Source: Candidatus Sumerlaeales bacterium (GTDB lineage: Bacteria; Sumerlaeota; Sumerlaeia; Sumerlaeales; Sumerlaeaceae). From it: a stretch of DNA of 23,172 bases. The translations under genes were made by a program, and so were the position numbers. This document shows positions 8,869-17,308 of this stretch, piece after piece; the stretch's first letter is position 1, and every line of letters begins with the position of its first letter. The DNA lies in NCBI GenBank assembly GCA_038243585.1, contig JBBSQY010000050.1:1-23172 (forward strand). Direction: 5' to 3'. The notes beneath the pieces were generated by a model. The model was not told the origin of the DNA. It saw only the letters and a list, made by a program, of their open reading frames with translations, and made no database searches.

Positions 8869-9231
8869 GTAGCGCGCGGGGCTGTCGCCTATTGCTACTA
8901 TTGCGCAGGCTTCTATGAGGTTCAGACGTAGTTCTTTTCCTCGCGCGATTAGCTCCGAGCTGCCGGCGCCGGGGTTTACGTATACTTCGCCGGTGCCTTT
9001 TTCGGCTATGTCGTCGAGGACTTTGATTCCTACCTGGGGCGGGACGTAGAGTAATACGCGGTCGATGGTTTCTGGAATATCCTGGACTGAGGCGTAGGCC
9101 TTTAGCCCTTCTACTTCGGCTTCGTTGGGGTTTACAGGGTATACTTCATGGCCTCTGTGGACGTAGCTGCGTACGGCTTTGTTTCCGTATTTGGCGTGGT
9201 CGCTAGATGCTCCTATTATGGCGACTTTCAT
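8863..9231 (-). CDS. CoA-binding protein (YccU-like, CoA_binding_2)
   Basis: VAIIGASSDHAKYGNKAV...VYPVNPN...GLKAYASVQDIP..ID...YVPP, plus an AAGGAG RBS. Confidence 0.92.
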   Translation of the reverse strand: MKVAIIGASSDHAKYGNKAVRSYVHRGHEVYPVNPNEAEVEGLKAYASVQDIPETIDRVLLYVPPQVGIKVLDDIAEKGTGEVYVNPGAGSSELIARGKELRLNLIEACAIVAIGDSPARYP

Positions 9232-9277
9232 GAGTGGTTCTCCTTAAATAAAAGATTATTTTGGCGGACGGCGTGGC

Positions 9278-9303
9278 GGACGGCTCGGCGAGCCATCCCT
9301 ACC
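9278..9303. repeat. GTAG-type REP, same family as the 8768 and 8823 copies
   Basis: GGACGGCTCGGCGAGCCATCCCTACC; the minus strand starts GGTAG followed by the palindrome. It is preceded by a local duplication of TGGCGGACGGC (9262-9272 and 9274-9284). Confidence 0.8.
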
Positions 9304-9307
9304 TAAA

Positions 9308-9340
9308 TGAAAAGCGGTGTATCTTTACGATACACCGCTT
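9308..9340 (-). terminator. Rho-independent terminator downstream of rpsU
   Basis: 12-bp perfect stem AAGCGGTGTATC-tttac-GATACACCGCTT with a U-rich tail on the minus strand. Confidence 0.75.
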
Positions 9341-9369
9341 AGTTACCTAGTTATCTTACTTTAAAACTA

Positions 9370-9392
9370 CACAGGCGGGACGCCTATGCTAC
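9370..9392. repeat. REP of a second GTAG-type family
   Basis: CACAGGCGGGACGCCTATGCTAC; the minus strand reads GTAG-CATAGGCG-TCC-CGCCTGTG (GTAG plus hairpin). Confidence 0.65.
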
Positions 9393-9403
9393 TTCAAGAA
9401 AAC

Positions 9404-9616
9404 TTAATAGTTTTCCAGTTTCCTTGCTAACTTCGCCTGACGACGGCGCGCCTTGCGGCGTGACGCTTCTATCTTGCGCTTTTTGCGTTCGCTGGGCTTC
9501 TCGTAATGTTCGCGACGACGCAGTTCTGCTGGGATGCCGCTTTTCTGGCATTCCTTCTTAAACCGCTTAAGAACCTTGTCAATTGGTTCATTTTCTTCAA
9601 CTATGATCGAGCTCAT
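9404..9616 (-). CDS. rpsU: 30S ribosomal protein S21 (70 aa)
   Basis: MSSIIVEENEPIDKVLKRFKKECQKSGIPAELRRREHYEKPSERKKRK. ATG 9616 follows a GGGGAGG RBS; the ORF-track start at 9715 is too long. Confidence 0.96.
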   Translation of the reverse strand: MSSIIVEENEPIDKVLKRFKKECQKSGIPAELRRREHYEKPSERKKRKIEASRRKARRRQAKLARKLENY

Positions 9617-9709
9617 CGAGGATAATCCCTCCCCTCTTACCTGGGATGGCGCCAGGGCGGTGCGGCTTACAGCCCGCACAGCAACCAACATGACTGGTAA
9701 AACTAGAGT

Positions 9710-9746
9710 AAACAACTTCGAGGCCCCGGCTTTCGGGACCTCGAAG
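9710..9746 (-). terminator. Probable terminator after the ykvA-like gene
   Basis: Minus strand CTTCGAGGTCCCG-AAAGC-CGGGGCCTCGAAG followed by TTGTTT. Confidence 0.55.
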
Positions 9747-9817
9747 CACTACCATCGATTTTCTACCGTGCCCTCGGCGGTCTGTTCATTTGGTCGAGGG
9801 CATTTCTTTAGCAGGGG

Positions 9818-10291
9818 TCAATAGGAATCAATTATCTTCTTACTGTGAGAACTAGTGTGTCGTGGCCCGCCTGTATCAGATGCGGGCTTTGCTCCTGGTT
9901 TCCATTTGTCTTTGAATGCTTTTTTCATTACTCGCTCACGGATGAATTTCGGCATCATTGCCGTGACCCGCCGGGTCACGTTGCCGATGGCATCCAGGGT
10001 CTCAGGATGACCTTTCCAGTGGCGCAGGACGATGGCGCGATCGACATGGTTCACCATGCCGTCGACCACGAGTACTGCGGTTAATATATCATCGAGCTGT
10101 CCGAGGACAGGGATAAAGTCCGGTATGCCGTCAAAAGGAGAGACCAGGTATAGCAGGCCGGCGCCCAGCGCCGTCTTGGTCTCCCATGGAACATCCCGGT
10201 CAAACCCGAGTCGGAATCCGAGCGCAACCAGTCGAGGCAGCGCCATCAGCCATTCTTCGCGGTCAACTTTGTTCATTGCGGTTGTGGTCAT
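9818..10291 (-). CDS. YkvA / DUF1232 family membrane protein
   Basis: DRDVPWETK..LGAGLLYLVSPFDGIPDFIPVLGQLDD signature, with a GAGGGG RBS. Confidence 0.9.
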   Translation of the reverse strand: MTTTAMNKVDREEWLMALPRLVALGFRLGFDRDVPWETKTALGAGLLYLVSPFDGIPDFIPVLGQLDDILTAVLVVDGMVNHVDRAIVLRHWKGHPETLDAIGNVTRRVTAMMPKFIRERVMKKAFKDKWKPGAKPASDTGGPRHTSSHSKKIIDSY

Positions 10292-10330
10292 AGTTCAATC
10301 CCCCTCAGCGTCATATAAACTGTATGTTAA

Positions 10331-10346
10331 TGCGAGCGTCATGCCA
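10331..10346 (-). promoter_or_regulatory. Probable sigma54 promoter of the ykvA-like gene
   Basis: Minus strand TGGCAT-GACGC-TCGCA has correct GG-N10-GC spacing with two mismatches to TGGCAC-N5-TTGCA, about 40 nt upstream of ATG 10291. Confidence 0.55.
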
Positions 10347-10396
10347 ACCGTTCTGAGCTCAGGGAGTTAGTACGATGTCCATTGCGTCATTAGGTC

Positions 10397-11935
10397 CTAT
10401 GCCTTCGACTTCGCCAGTTCCACGGCTATCTGATCAATTAACATCATGGCCTTGCTGGCATCGGCATTCTTTAGATCGTTCACGATGATGCTGTAATAGA
10501 TCTCTTTGCCGGCGGCGTCGGTGACTACTCCGCTTAGGGAGCGTACGCCGCCGATAAGCCCGGTTTTGCCGAGGATACGCTTTGCTTCAGCAACGCCGGG
10601 AAAGCGATTTTTCAGACTTCCGCGCACGTGGCCCTGGGGCAGGGTGCCGCGCCATTGATCTTTCAGTCCGTTCCGATCCATGTATTGCAGAATGTCTACG
10701 AGCTGATGACCCGTCACGTTGTTTTCTCCGGCCAGGCCGCTGCCGTCTTCTGCGTCATGGCCGACGGAGTATATGTCGTGACTCTTGCAGAACTCTTCGA
10801 TTACTCGAGTTCCTGCGGCGTAGCTGCCTTCTCCGGCCCGCTCCTTGCCGAGGGTCTTGGCTACGCACTCGGCAAAAAAGTTCTGGCTGTTCAGATTGAT
10901 GGTCTCACAAATCTGCAACATCGAATGATCCGCAAAAGAAAACAAGGCGTGCGGGGCCGGGGTACGTGTTGCGGCTCCGCGCTCTTTCACTGGCTTGCCT
11001 TTGACGTCGATCCCCTGCGATGAGAGCACGTCTGCAAAAACGGTGGCGCAATACAAAGCACCGTCATGGATCGATGCGCTATCTACGTTTGTTGTCTCGA
11101 CTGTCAGGTTACCAGTGGCCGTAATGTGGTTGTCGGTCGTGCTGAGGGCGTAATAGCGCTCTGTCTCGCGGCCCTTTGCGGCAATGGTGACGCTGCTTTC
11201 AAATTTTACGTAATCGGTAATGGGGTTCAGAGTATAGGCGGCCGCCTCGTCGGGCATTTTGCCCATGCCTGACCATGTTATGTCTATGCAGTTGTCGTTA
11301 AACGCAAGACCGCTCACTTCGGCGGAATAATACTCGCCGCGTTCTTTGGCATACCAGCTTGGATGGAAATAGACGTCGTCAAAGTAGGAATCGTCGGCGA
11401 CGATGTTGCCGGTAATTGCTTTAATCCCGGCCGACTTGAGCTCGTCCGCCCATTTTCGCATTATGGCGGTTACGTCTTCTTTATTGGCCTGATAGCGACC
11501 GGAGATGCCGGGATCGCCGCCTCCATACACAATGAGGTCCCCTTGAAGGGTGCCGTTTATTACCGGGCCGGTCCCAAAGAACTGAGTTTTAAATCGAAAC
11601 TCAGGACCGAGCAGGGTCAACGCCGCGGCGGTGGTTACGAGTTTGTTGTTGGACGCGGGGATCATGACCTTTGTCCCATTTACGTTGGCCATGACCTTAT
11701 CGTCTGGCGTCTCGGCATAAACGCAGACGGTCGCCCCGATTCCGGCTTCGCGGATAAGCTTCTCCACGAGGGGCTGGAGTGGCATCGATGCTGTTGCCGG
11801 CTGGGCGACAGCGACCGAAGCGGGCGCTGGCGCTGGCGGAGCAACCACCTGGGCCACGGCGGGGGCAGTGAACCCCGACAAAATAAATGCAAATGCGACT
11901 GAGTTCCAGGTACTGCTCGAAAAAACACAACCCAT
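10397..11935 (-). CDS. dacB: D-Ala-D-Ala carboxypeptidase/endopeptidase PBP4 (peptidase S13)
   Basis: Signal peptide; PASNNK (SxxK), GGGDP, SQN (SxN), DGSGL and KTG motifs. Confidence 0.93.
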   Translation of the reverse strand: MGCVFSSSTWNSVAFAFILSGFTAPAVAQVVAPPAPAPASVAVAQPATASMPLQPLVEKLIREAGIGATVCVYAETPDDKVMANVNGTKVMIPASNNKLVTTAAALTLLGPEFRFKTQFFGTGPVINGTLQGDLIVYGGGDPGISGRYQANKEDVTAIMRKWADELKSAGIKAITGNIVADDSYFDDVYFHPSWYAKERGEYYSAEVSGLAFNDNCIDITWSGMGKMPDEAAAYTLNPITDYVKFESSVTIAAKGRETERYYALSTTDNHITATGNLTVETTNVDSASIHDGALYCATVFADVLSSQGIDVKGKPVKERGAATRTPAPHALFSFADHSMLQICETINLNSQNFFAECVAKTLGKERAGEGSYAAGTRVIEEFCKSHDIYSVGHDAEDGSGLAGENNVTGHQLVDILQYMDRNGLKDQWRGTLPQGHVRGSLKNRFPGVAEAKRILGKTGLIGGVRSLSGVVTDAAGKEIYYSIIVNDLKNADASKAMMLIDQIAVELAKSKA

Positions 11936-11974
11936 GAGGCTAAGACTCCCAATGATGAATGCTGGGCCGACGCG

Positions 11975-13459
11975 TTATTTTCTTAAATGCAGAAAACGAC
12001 CAATCGATCCAAATATATCGCGACTTTGGGATGGAGAATTCTGCTGTGCAATAGTAGAAGGGGCGGCAGAGCCGTTTAATGAGCTGCCAAGATATCTCAA
12101 GTGCCATGGCTCTTCGTTATGGCTGCGGCGGGCATTTTCGCTCATCACGGTCATTTTATAACCGTAGCTGCCTGCATTGATGGCCAGCCATCGGCCTTCG
12201 GGGGTGTTGCCAAAACTCCGATTCAGCGCATGGGTTTCATTATTTGTCAGGTCGACGGTCGTGCCCAGGTTATGCTCGCTTTTCCCTGGCCGCGCTACTG
12301 ACTTTTGATCTTCCCCGCCTCGAGCCACGGCCCGATTATAGAGGCGTGTCTGGTGTCCGTTATCGCGAAACGCGCTGACCACCCGCAACGTCAATCCCTC
12401 GCAGGCCGCCGCGTTTATCATGTTCATTAGCGCGATGGCGGCCTCTCGCCGCAGATAAAGCTGATTGCCGTAATGACAGGTTTGCACCGGCAGCTTAACA
12501 AGATCTGTCGGCCTGAAGCTGCTTGGCAGTGAAGCCAGTCGATACGGATCTTCGCCCCCGATGGGCAGATCGACACCGTTCCAGCCGTTGCCGTCCAGCA
12601 CTGCGGGCAGTATCATGCCACCATCACGCTTGGCGTAATCGGAGGTAAAGTTGCTTTGTCGTGTGGATGCCGATGCAGGGGCAGTTAAAGGCGTGGTCGC
12701 GGCCTCGGACTTTTTCTGACGGCCTAGAAGCCGCGATAAAAACCCGCCGCTTTTTTCCGGCTCGGACTGGGGAAGATAAAGATTGGGGGAAATTCGGGCA
12801 GGCACCGTCGCAGAGACAGGTGCCATAGGCGGGAGAGCCACTGACGCAATCTGGCTGGGTTGCGGAATATCGTCGTCTGAAGGACCAACAATCTCATCGG
12901 TTTCCACCTCGGCATCGTCTTCAGAAGTGGCGGATGAGACTGCTTTGGGCCGGAGGTTGGCTACTGCTGCCAGATCCGGGTCGTTCTTCGACGAGGACTT
13001 CTCAGACTGGTCTGACTTGTTAGCCCTAGCAAGCTTCGAGTTCTCAGATTTTGCTGATTTCTCGGATTTCTCAGACTTTTCAGTTTTTTCAGATTTCGCG
13101 GACTGCTCAGTTTTTTTCTCAGACTTCGCCGACTGGTCAGTTTTTTCGGACTTTCTGGTCTTCTCAGTCTTGTCCGAGTTGCCAGTCTTTTCAGTTTTGT
13201 CAGTTTTCTCCGACTTGTCAGCCTTCTCAGACGCCCCTTTTCGCACAGGGATAGCCAGATCGTCTGCGCTTTGCGCATGAACCGAATGCGCTATCGATAA
13301 CAGGCAAACGCACACCCCGACTATGATTCCCGGGTGACCTGTGAACAGCGGAAATTTCAACGATACAACCCCGGTTCTGTACAATAATCGGGTGGTTGGC
13401 AGCTTCTGCCGTTCAAAAAGACGCTGGAACATAATGGGGCTAAGACGCCGCAAAAGCAT
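11975..13459 (-). CDS. M15B-family (VanY/LdcB-like) Zn peptidoglycan carboxypeptidase with a long low-complexity N-terminal region
   Basis: VSAFR..HQ..LY, ARPGKSEHNLGTTVD (SxHxxGxxxD) and EEPWHLRY. The signal-like segment at aa ~44-63 suggests the true start may be downstream of 13459. Confidence 0.88.
   Translation of the reverse strand: MLLRRLSPIMFQRLFERQKLPTTRLLYRTGVVSLKFPLFTGHPGIIVGVCVCLLSIAHSVHAQSADDLAIPVRKGASEKADKSEKTDKTEKTGNSDKTEKTRKSEKTDQSAKSEKKTEQSAKSEKTEKSEKSEKSAKSENSKLARANKSDQSEKSSSKNDPDLAAVANLRPKAVSSATSEDDAEVETDEIVGPSDDDIPQPSQIASVALPPMAPVSATVPARISPNLYLPQSEPEKSGGFLSRLLGRQKKSEAATTPLTAPASASTRQSNFTSDYAKRDGGMILPAVLDGNGWNGVDLPIGGEDPYRLASLPSSFRPTDLVKLPVQTCHYGNQLYLRREAAIALMNMINAAACEGLTLRVVSAFRDNGHQTRLYNRAVARGGEDQKSVARPGKSEHNLGTTVDLTNNETHALNRSFGNTPEGRWLAINAGSYGYKMTVMSENARRSHNEEPWHLRYLGSSLNGSAAPSTIAQQNSPSQSRDIFGSIGRFLHLRK
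12987..13231 (-). repeat. Degenerate 9-bp coding repeat (K-S/T-E/D tripeptides) inside the M15 gene
   Basis: SEKADKSEKTDKTEKTGNSDKTEKTRKSEKTDQSAKSEKKTEQSAKSEKTEKSEKSEKSAKSEN...KSDQSEKSSSK. Boundaries are approximate. Confidence 0.8.
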
Positions 13460-13527
13460 AAACAGTTCCGGAACCGGCCGATTTCCTCTTTAAGGAAACT
13501 CAAATAATACCTCTATCGGGCCGGCCT

Positions 13528-13797
13528 TCAACGTATCTCAAAATTGGAGAACTCTCCTTCTGTCTCGGTGGTGTTTTCCTCGACGTTCACTACGTTGGAA
13601 AACATCGGCCCCTTCCACAAGCGCATCCGCAGTTCTTCCACCGCGTCGACGGAGCCTTCTGCCAGCACTTCCACATCACCGTTTGGCAAATTTTTCACAT
13701 AGCCAGCCAGCCCGAGTTCACGAGCGGCGGTCCTTACAAAATAGCGAAATCCCACCCCTTGAACCCGGCCGGATATGGTTGCATATAGTCTGTCCAT
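13528..13797 (-). CDS. acyP: Acylphosphatase (89 aa)
   Basis: MDRLYATISGRVQGVGFRYFV...GYVKNLPNGDVEVLAEG...KGP. It is the C-terminal end of the spurious 661-aa ORF; real ATG at 13797. Confidence 0.93.
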   Translation of the reverse strand: MDRLYATISGRVQGVGFRYFVRTAARELGLAGYVKNLPNGDVEVLAEGSVDAVEELRMRLWKGPMFSNVVNVEENTTETEGEFSNFEIR

Positions 13798-13893
13798 TTG
13801 ACTCAACTCAATTGACCATGAACCGGCATTGCAACAGCGATTTGTTGCTTTTCCGAATACTCTGGATTCAGAGTGGTGAAAGCAAACTTTGAA

Positions 13894-15057
13894 ATGCCCA
13901 TTCATACTCAGATTCCAGCGACCCTCGTTCTTGAGGATGGAACCACGTTTCGCGGGCGGTCCTTTGGTGCCCCCGGCGAAGTGGTTGCAGAAATTATCTT
14001 TCACACCGGAATGACCGGATATCAGGAGGTTCTTACTGATCCCTCCTATCGCGGTCAGATGGTGGTCATGACGTATCCCCAGATTGGCAACTACGGTATT
14101 AACGATCTCGATGCTGAGTCGGATATGCCCCAGGTTTCCGGGTTCATCGTAAAAGAGGTCAGCGGTTCTACCAGCAACTGGCGCAGCCAGGTTGACCTGG
14201 GCCGTTACCTTGAAAATCATGGGATTTGCGGCATTGAAGGCGTTGATACCCGCGCTCTCGTGTTGCATCTGCGCAGCCGCGGGGCAATGCGCGCGGTTAT
14301 TTCTACCCTGCGCCACGACGTCGAAGAGCTGGTAAAAACCGCAAAGGCCGCCCCTCCCATGGAAGGCCAGAACCTTGTTTATGACGTAACGGCACCGGCC
14401 AGCTATAACTATACGGTTGACGCCCGCCTTGAACATCTGAACAATGCCATTGCTGCTCACAATAATTACAGCCCGACTGAATCGGATCGGCGATACAACG
14501 TCGTCGCTTATGACTTTGGTGTAAAAAGAAACATCCTCACGCTGCTGACCGAGCAAAATTTTGATGTGACGGTGGTTCCTGCTGGTACACCTGCTGAAGA
14601 TGTCCTGGCTCTTGGGCCTGATGGCGTTTTCCTCAGTAACGGCCCCGGCGATCCGGGAGTGCTGACGTCTGTCGCCAGTAACGTCAATAAACTGGTTGGC
14701 AAGGTCCCGATGTTTGGAATCTGCCTGGGCCACCAGGTGCTCGCGCTGGCTAATGGCGGCACGACCTACAAGTTGAAATTTGGCCATCACGGCGCGAACC
14801 ATCCGGTTAAGGATCTTATCACTCAGCGGGTGGAAATCACCAGCCAGAATCACGGCTTTTGCGTCGACATTGATTCCCTTCCATCGACGTGCAAAGTGAC
14901 TCACATGAATCTCAATGATAACACAGTGGAAGGTTTTCAGGATGAAGACCGCGGGTTCTTCTGTGTTCAATATCACCCGGAAGCTGCACCCGGCCCCCAT
15001 GATTCGGCATACCTGTTTCGCAGGTTCCGAGAGTGGATCGCCGGACGCCGCGGATAA
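13894..15057 (+). CDS. carA: Carbamoyl-phosphate synthase small subunit
   Basis: [47 protein letters not shown] and QYHPE. ATG 13894 preferred over GTG 13873. Confidence 0.96.
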   Translation: MPIHTQIPATLVLEDGTTFRGRSFGAPGEVVAEIIFHTGMTGYQEVLTDPSYRGQMVVMTYPQIGNYGINDLDAESDMPQVSGFIVKEVSGSTSNWRSQVDLGRYLENHGICGIEGVDTRALVLHLRSRGAMRAVISTLRHDVEELVKTAKAAPPMEGQNLVYDVTAPASYNYTVDARLEHLNNAIAAHNNYSPTESDRRYNVVAYDFGVKRNILTLLTEQNFDVTVVPAGTPAEDVLALGPDGVFLSNGPGDPGVLTSVASNVNKLVGKVPMFGICLGHQVLALANGGTTYKLKFGHHGANHPVKDLITQRVEITSQNHGFCVDIDSLPSTCKVTHMNLNDNTVEGFQDEDRGFFCVQYHPEAAPGPHDSAYLFRRFREWIAGRRG

Positions 15058-15066
15058 CCGCGACGT

Positions 15067-16110
15067 ATGGGAAACCGGGTTGTCAGCCGCATAATATGGT
15101 TTTGCGTCCTGGCGGTGCTTTTGTACACGGGGTTCGTCATCTGGACCGATGCCAGCCGAAACTTGCAGGTGCTGAAAAACTTTTCGTGGTCGGCGCTCCC
15201 ATTGATCCTCGGCCTGGTTATCATCAATTTTCTGCTGCGCGAGATCAAATGGGATTTCTTTAGACGCGCCGCCGGAATCGACGTGCCGCGCCTTGGCAGC
15301 TTTCTGATTTTTTTCAGTGGCTACAGCATGGCCATCAGCCCAGGCCGGGTGGGCGAACTTATCAAGCCGTTCATGTACAAAGAATACTTTGGCAAAAAAA
15401 TGCGCCGGAGCATACCGCTTGTATTCTGCGAACGCCTTACTGATCTTATGGGCATGATCGTTTTGGCGCTGCTTTCGGTTGCGCCGTTTACGGCGGCGGT
15501 GGCGAAATCCCAAGGCGGCATCAAATCAGGTACGACGGAAACCCTGATTTACGCTCTTCTCGGAATCAGCGCCGTTCTGATGGTCGCGGGCGTCTGGTTT
15601 GCCCGTAATAAGCGGCTTGTGTATGGACTGTTTCATTTTGGCGCAAAAGTGCGGCGTCTGCGTGGTCCGATTAAGCATCTGCGGCATCTTTACTACGCGA
15701 CTTATCCCCTGCTGACTATAAAAAACCTGCTCATCGCTACTGTGCTCGCCGCGATTTCATGGTCTTTCGAGTGCGCGGCAGCATACTATATCCTCAAAGG
15801 CGTCGGGGCACCAGACATTGCCTTGCTTGATATAACGTTTGTTTTCTGCATGGCCACGATTGTTGGCGGATTTCTTTTCTTTCTGCCTGGTGGACTTGGC
15901 GGATTCGAGGGCGCGGCTTACCGACTGTTGTCGATGTTGGGTGTCGGCAAAAACGAGATTGTGCCGGCGATCCTGATCATAAGATTCTGCACCCTGTTCT
16001 TCGCCGTCGCTCTTGGATTTCTCTTCATCCTTCTTACCTCAATGCGCTATCATAAATCCCTCAAGTGGGATGAGTTTCAACAGGCGACCCAAGAGCCTGA
16101 GGTACCGTAG
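15067..16110 (+). CDS. Flippase-like membrane protein (lysylphosphatidylglycerol synthase TM / UPF0104 family)
   Basis: Multiple TM segments; SPGRVGELIK, ERLTDL, LPGGLGGFEG and LIIRFCT motifs. Confidence 0.85.
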   Translation: MGNRVVSRIIWFCVLAVLLYTGFVIWTDASRNLQVLKNFSWSALPLILGLVIINFLLREIKWDFFRRAAGIDVPRLGSFLIFFSGYSMAISPGRVGELIKPFMYKEYFGKKMRRSIPLVFCERLTDLMGMIVLALLSVAPFTAAVAKSQGGIKSGTTETLIYALLGISAVLMVAGVWFARNKRLVYGLFHFGAKVRRLRGPIKHLRHLYYATYPLLTIKNLLIATVLAAISWSFECAAAYYILKGVGAPDIALLDITFVFCMATIVGGFLFFLPGGLGGFEGAAYRLLSMLGVGKNEIVPAILIIRFCTLFFAVALGFLFILLTSMRYHKSLKWDEFQQATQEPEVP

Positions 16111-16178
16111 GAGAGCGTTGCCCTCCCTCGCCGCTAAAGCAGGAATACCGGTGCCCTAACGCCGGTATACGCTGAACT

Positions 16179-17289
16179 ATGTTAAACGATACCATTTCCG
16201 AACTCAACCAAGCGCGCGCGCGCATCCTGCAGTCCAAGGAGTTTCTTTGACGTCGCTAACAAGCGACTCGAAGTAGACCGGCTTGAAGCCGAAAGCGCTG
16301 CCCCGGAATTTTGGAACGATAACCAAAAAGCCCAGGACCATCTAAAACGCCTGAACGCCCTGAAACGGGTTGTTTTGCCGTGGGACGCCATCGACAGGGA
16401 AACCAGCGATTACCTTGAAATGGCGGAAATGGCTCGGGAAGCCGACGACGCCGAAATGGCCGAAGAAATTGAAAACCAGGTTGAGATCATTAACCGTCGC
16501 GTGGAAGAGCTCGAATTTAAGAGCATGCTTTCTGACGAGGCGGATGTCTCTGATTGTTTTGTCCATATCCATTCCGGTGCTGGTGGAACTGAGAGTTGCG
16601 ACTGGGCCAGTATGCTGATGCGTATGTATGTGCGCTGGGCTGAGCGTCGCAATTTTAAAGTCGACATGATGGACCTCCAGGCCGGTGACGAGGCTGGAAT
16701 ATCGCGCGCGGTGTTCGGCATCAAGGGGGAATACGCCTTTGGATTTCTCAACGCGGAAAATGGGGTTCACCGGCTCGTGCGTATCTCCCCGTTTGATGCG
16801 AACAAGCGTCGCCACACATCCTTTGCGTCGGTTCATGTTTATCCTGACATCGATGACACACTCGTTGTCGATATCAATGAAAGCGACCTACGGATCGATA
16901 CCTACCGTTCTGGCGGCGCTGGCGGACAGCATGTCAACGTGACCGACTCTGCAGTGCGTATTACTCATATTCCCACGAACATTGTTGCGCAGTGTCAGAA
17001 CGAGCGGAGCCAGCATAAAAATAAAGACAGCGCCATGAAGGTGTTGCGAGCTCGCCTCTACCAATATTATAAAGACCAGCAAACGGCGGAAAATGAAGCC
17101 AAAGCCGGGGAAAAAAAAGATATTGCGTGGGGCTCTCAGATTCGATCCTATGTTTTTCAGCCTTATCAAATGGTTAAAGATTTGCGTTCCGGCGCGGAGA
17201 CAAGCAGCATTCAGGATGTAATGGACGGCGACATCGACTTGTTTATCGATGCGTACCTGCGCAGCCAGATGGGCGTAGCAAAAAAATAA
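16179..17289 (+). CDS. prfB: Peptide chain release factor 2, with programmed +1 frameshift (about 369 aa)
   Basis: ATG 16179, 23 codons to CTT-TGA-C (16245-16251), continuing in the +1 frame into the 16375..17289 ORF. SPF and GGQ motifs present. Confidence 0.97.
16236..16251 (+). promoter_or_regulatory. prfB frameshift cassette
   Basis: AAGGAG-TTT-CTT-TGA-C: internal Shine-Dalgarno sequence plus the slippery CTTTGAC site. Confidence 0.95.
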
Positions 17290-17308
17290 AGCTGTCGGCG
17301 AGGACGCA

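Noticed and set aside
11975..12500. VanY as a vancomycin-resistance determinant
   Set aside because: No vanHAX or vanRS genes nearby; housekeeping M15B enzymes are widespread.
12783..13280. Plus-strand ORF with FSD/FSV repeats
   Set aside because: Reverse complement of the K-S/T-E repeat in the M15 gene.
13831..13873. Small hairpins before carA as a pyrimidine attenuator
   Set aside because: Stems are only 5-6 bp and no PyrR-binding motif is visible.
13528..15513. 661-aa minus-strand ORF ending in acylphosphatase
   Set aside because: Antisense shadow of carA and the flippase-like gene. Only the last 89 aa (acyP) are protein-like, so it is not a real fusion.
16375..17289. Apparently truncated RF2 or prfB pseudogene
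   Set aside because: Explained by the programmed +1 frameshift at 16245-16251.
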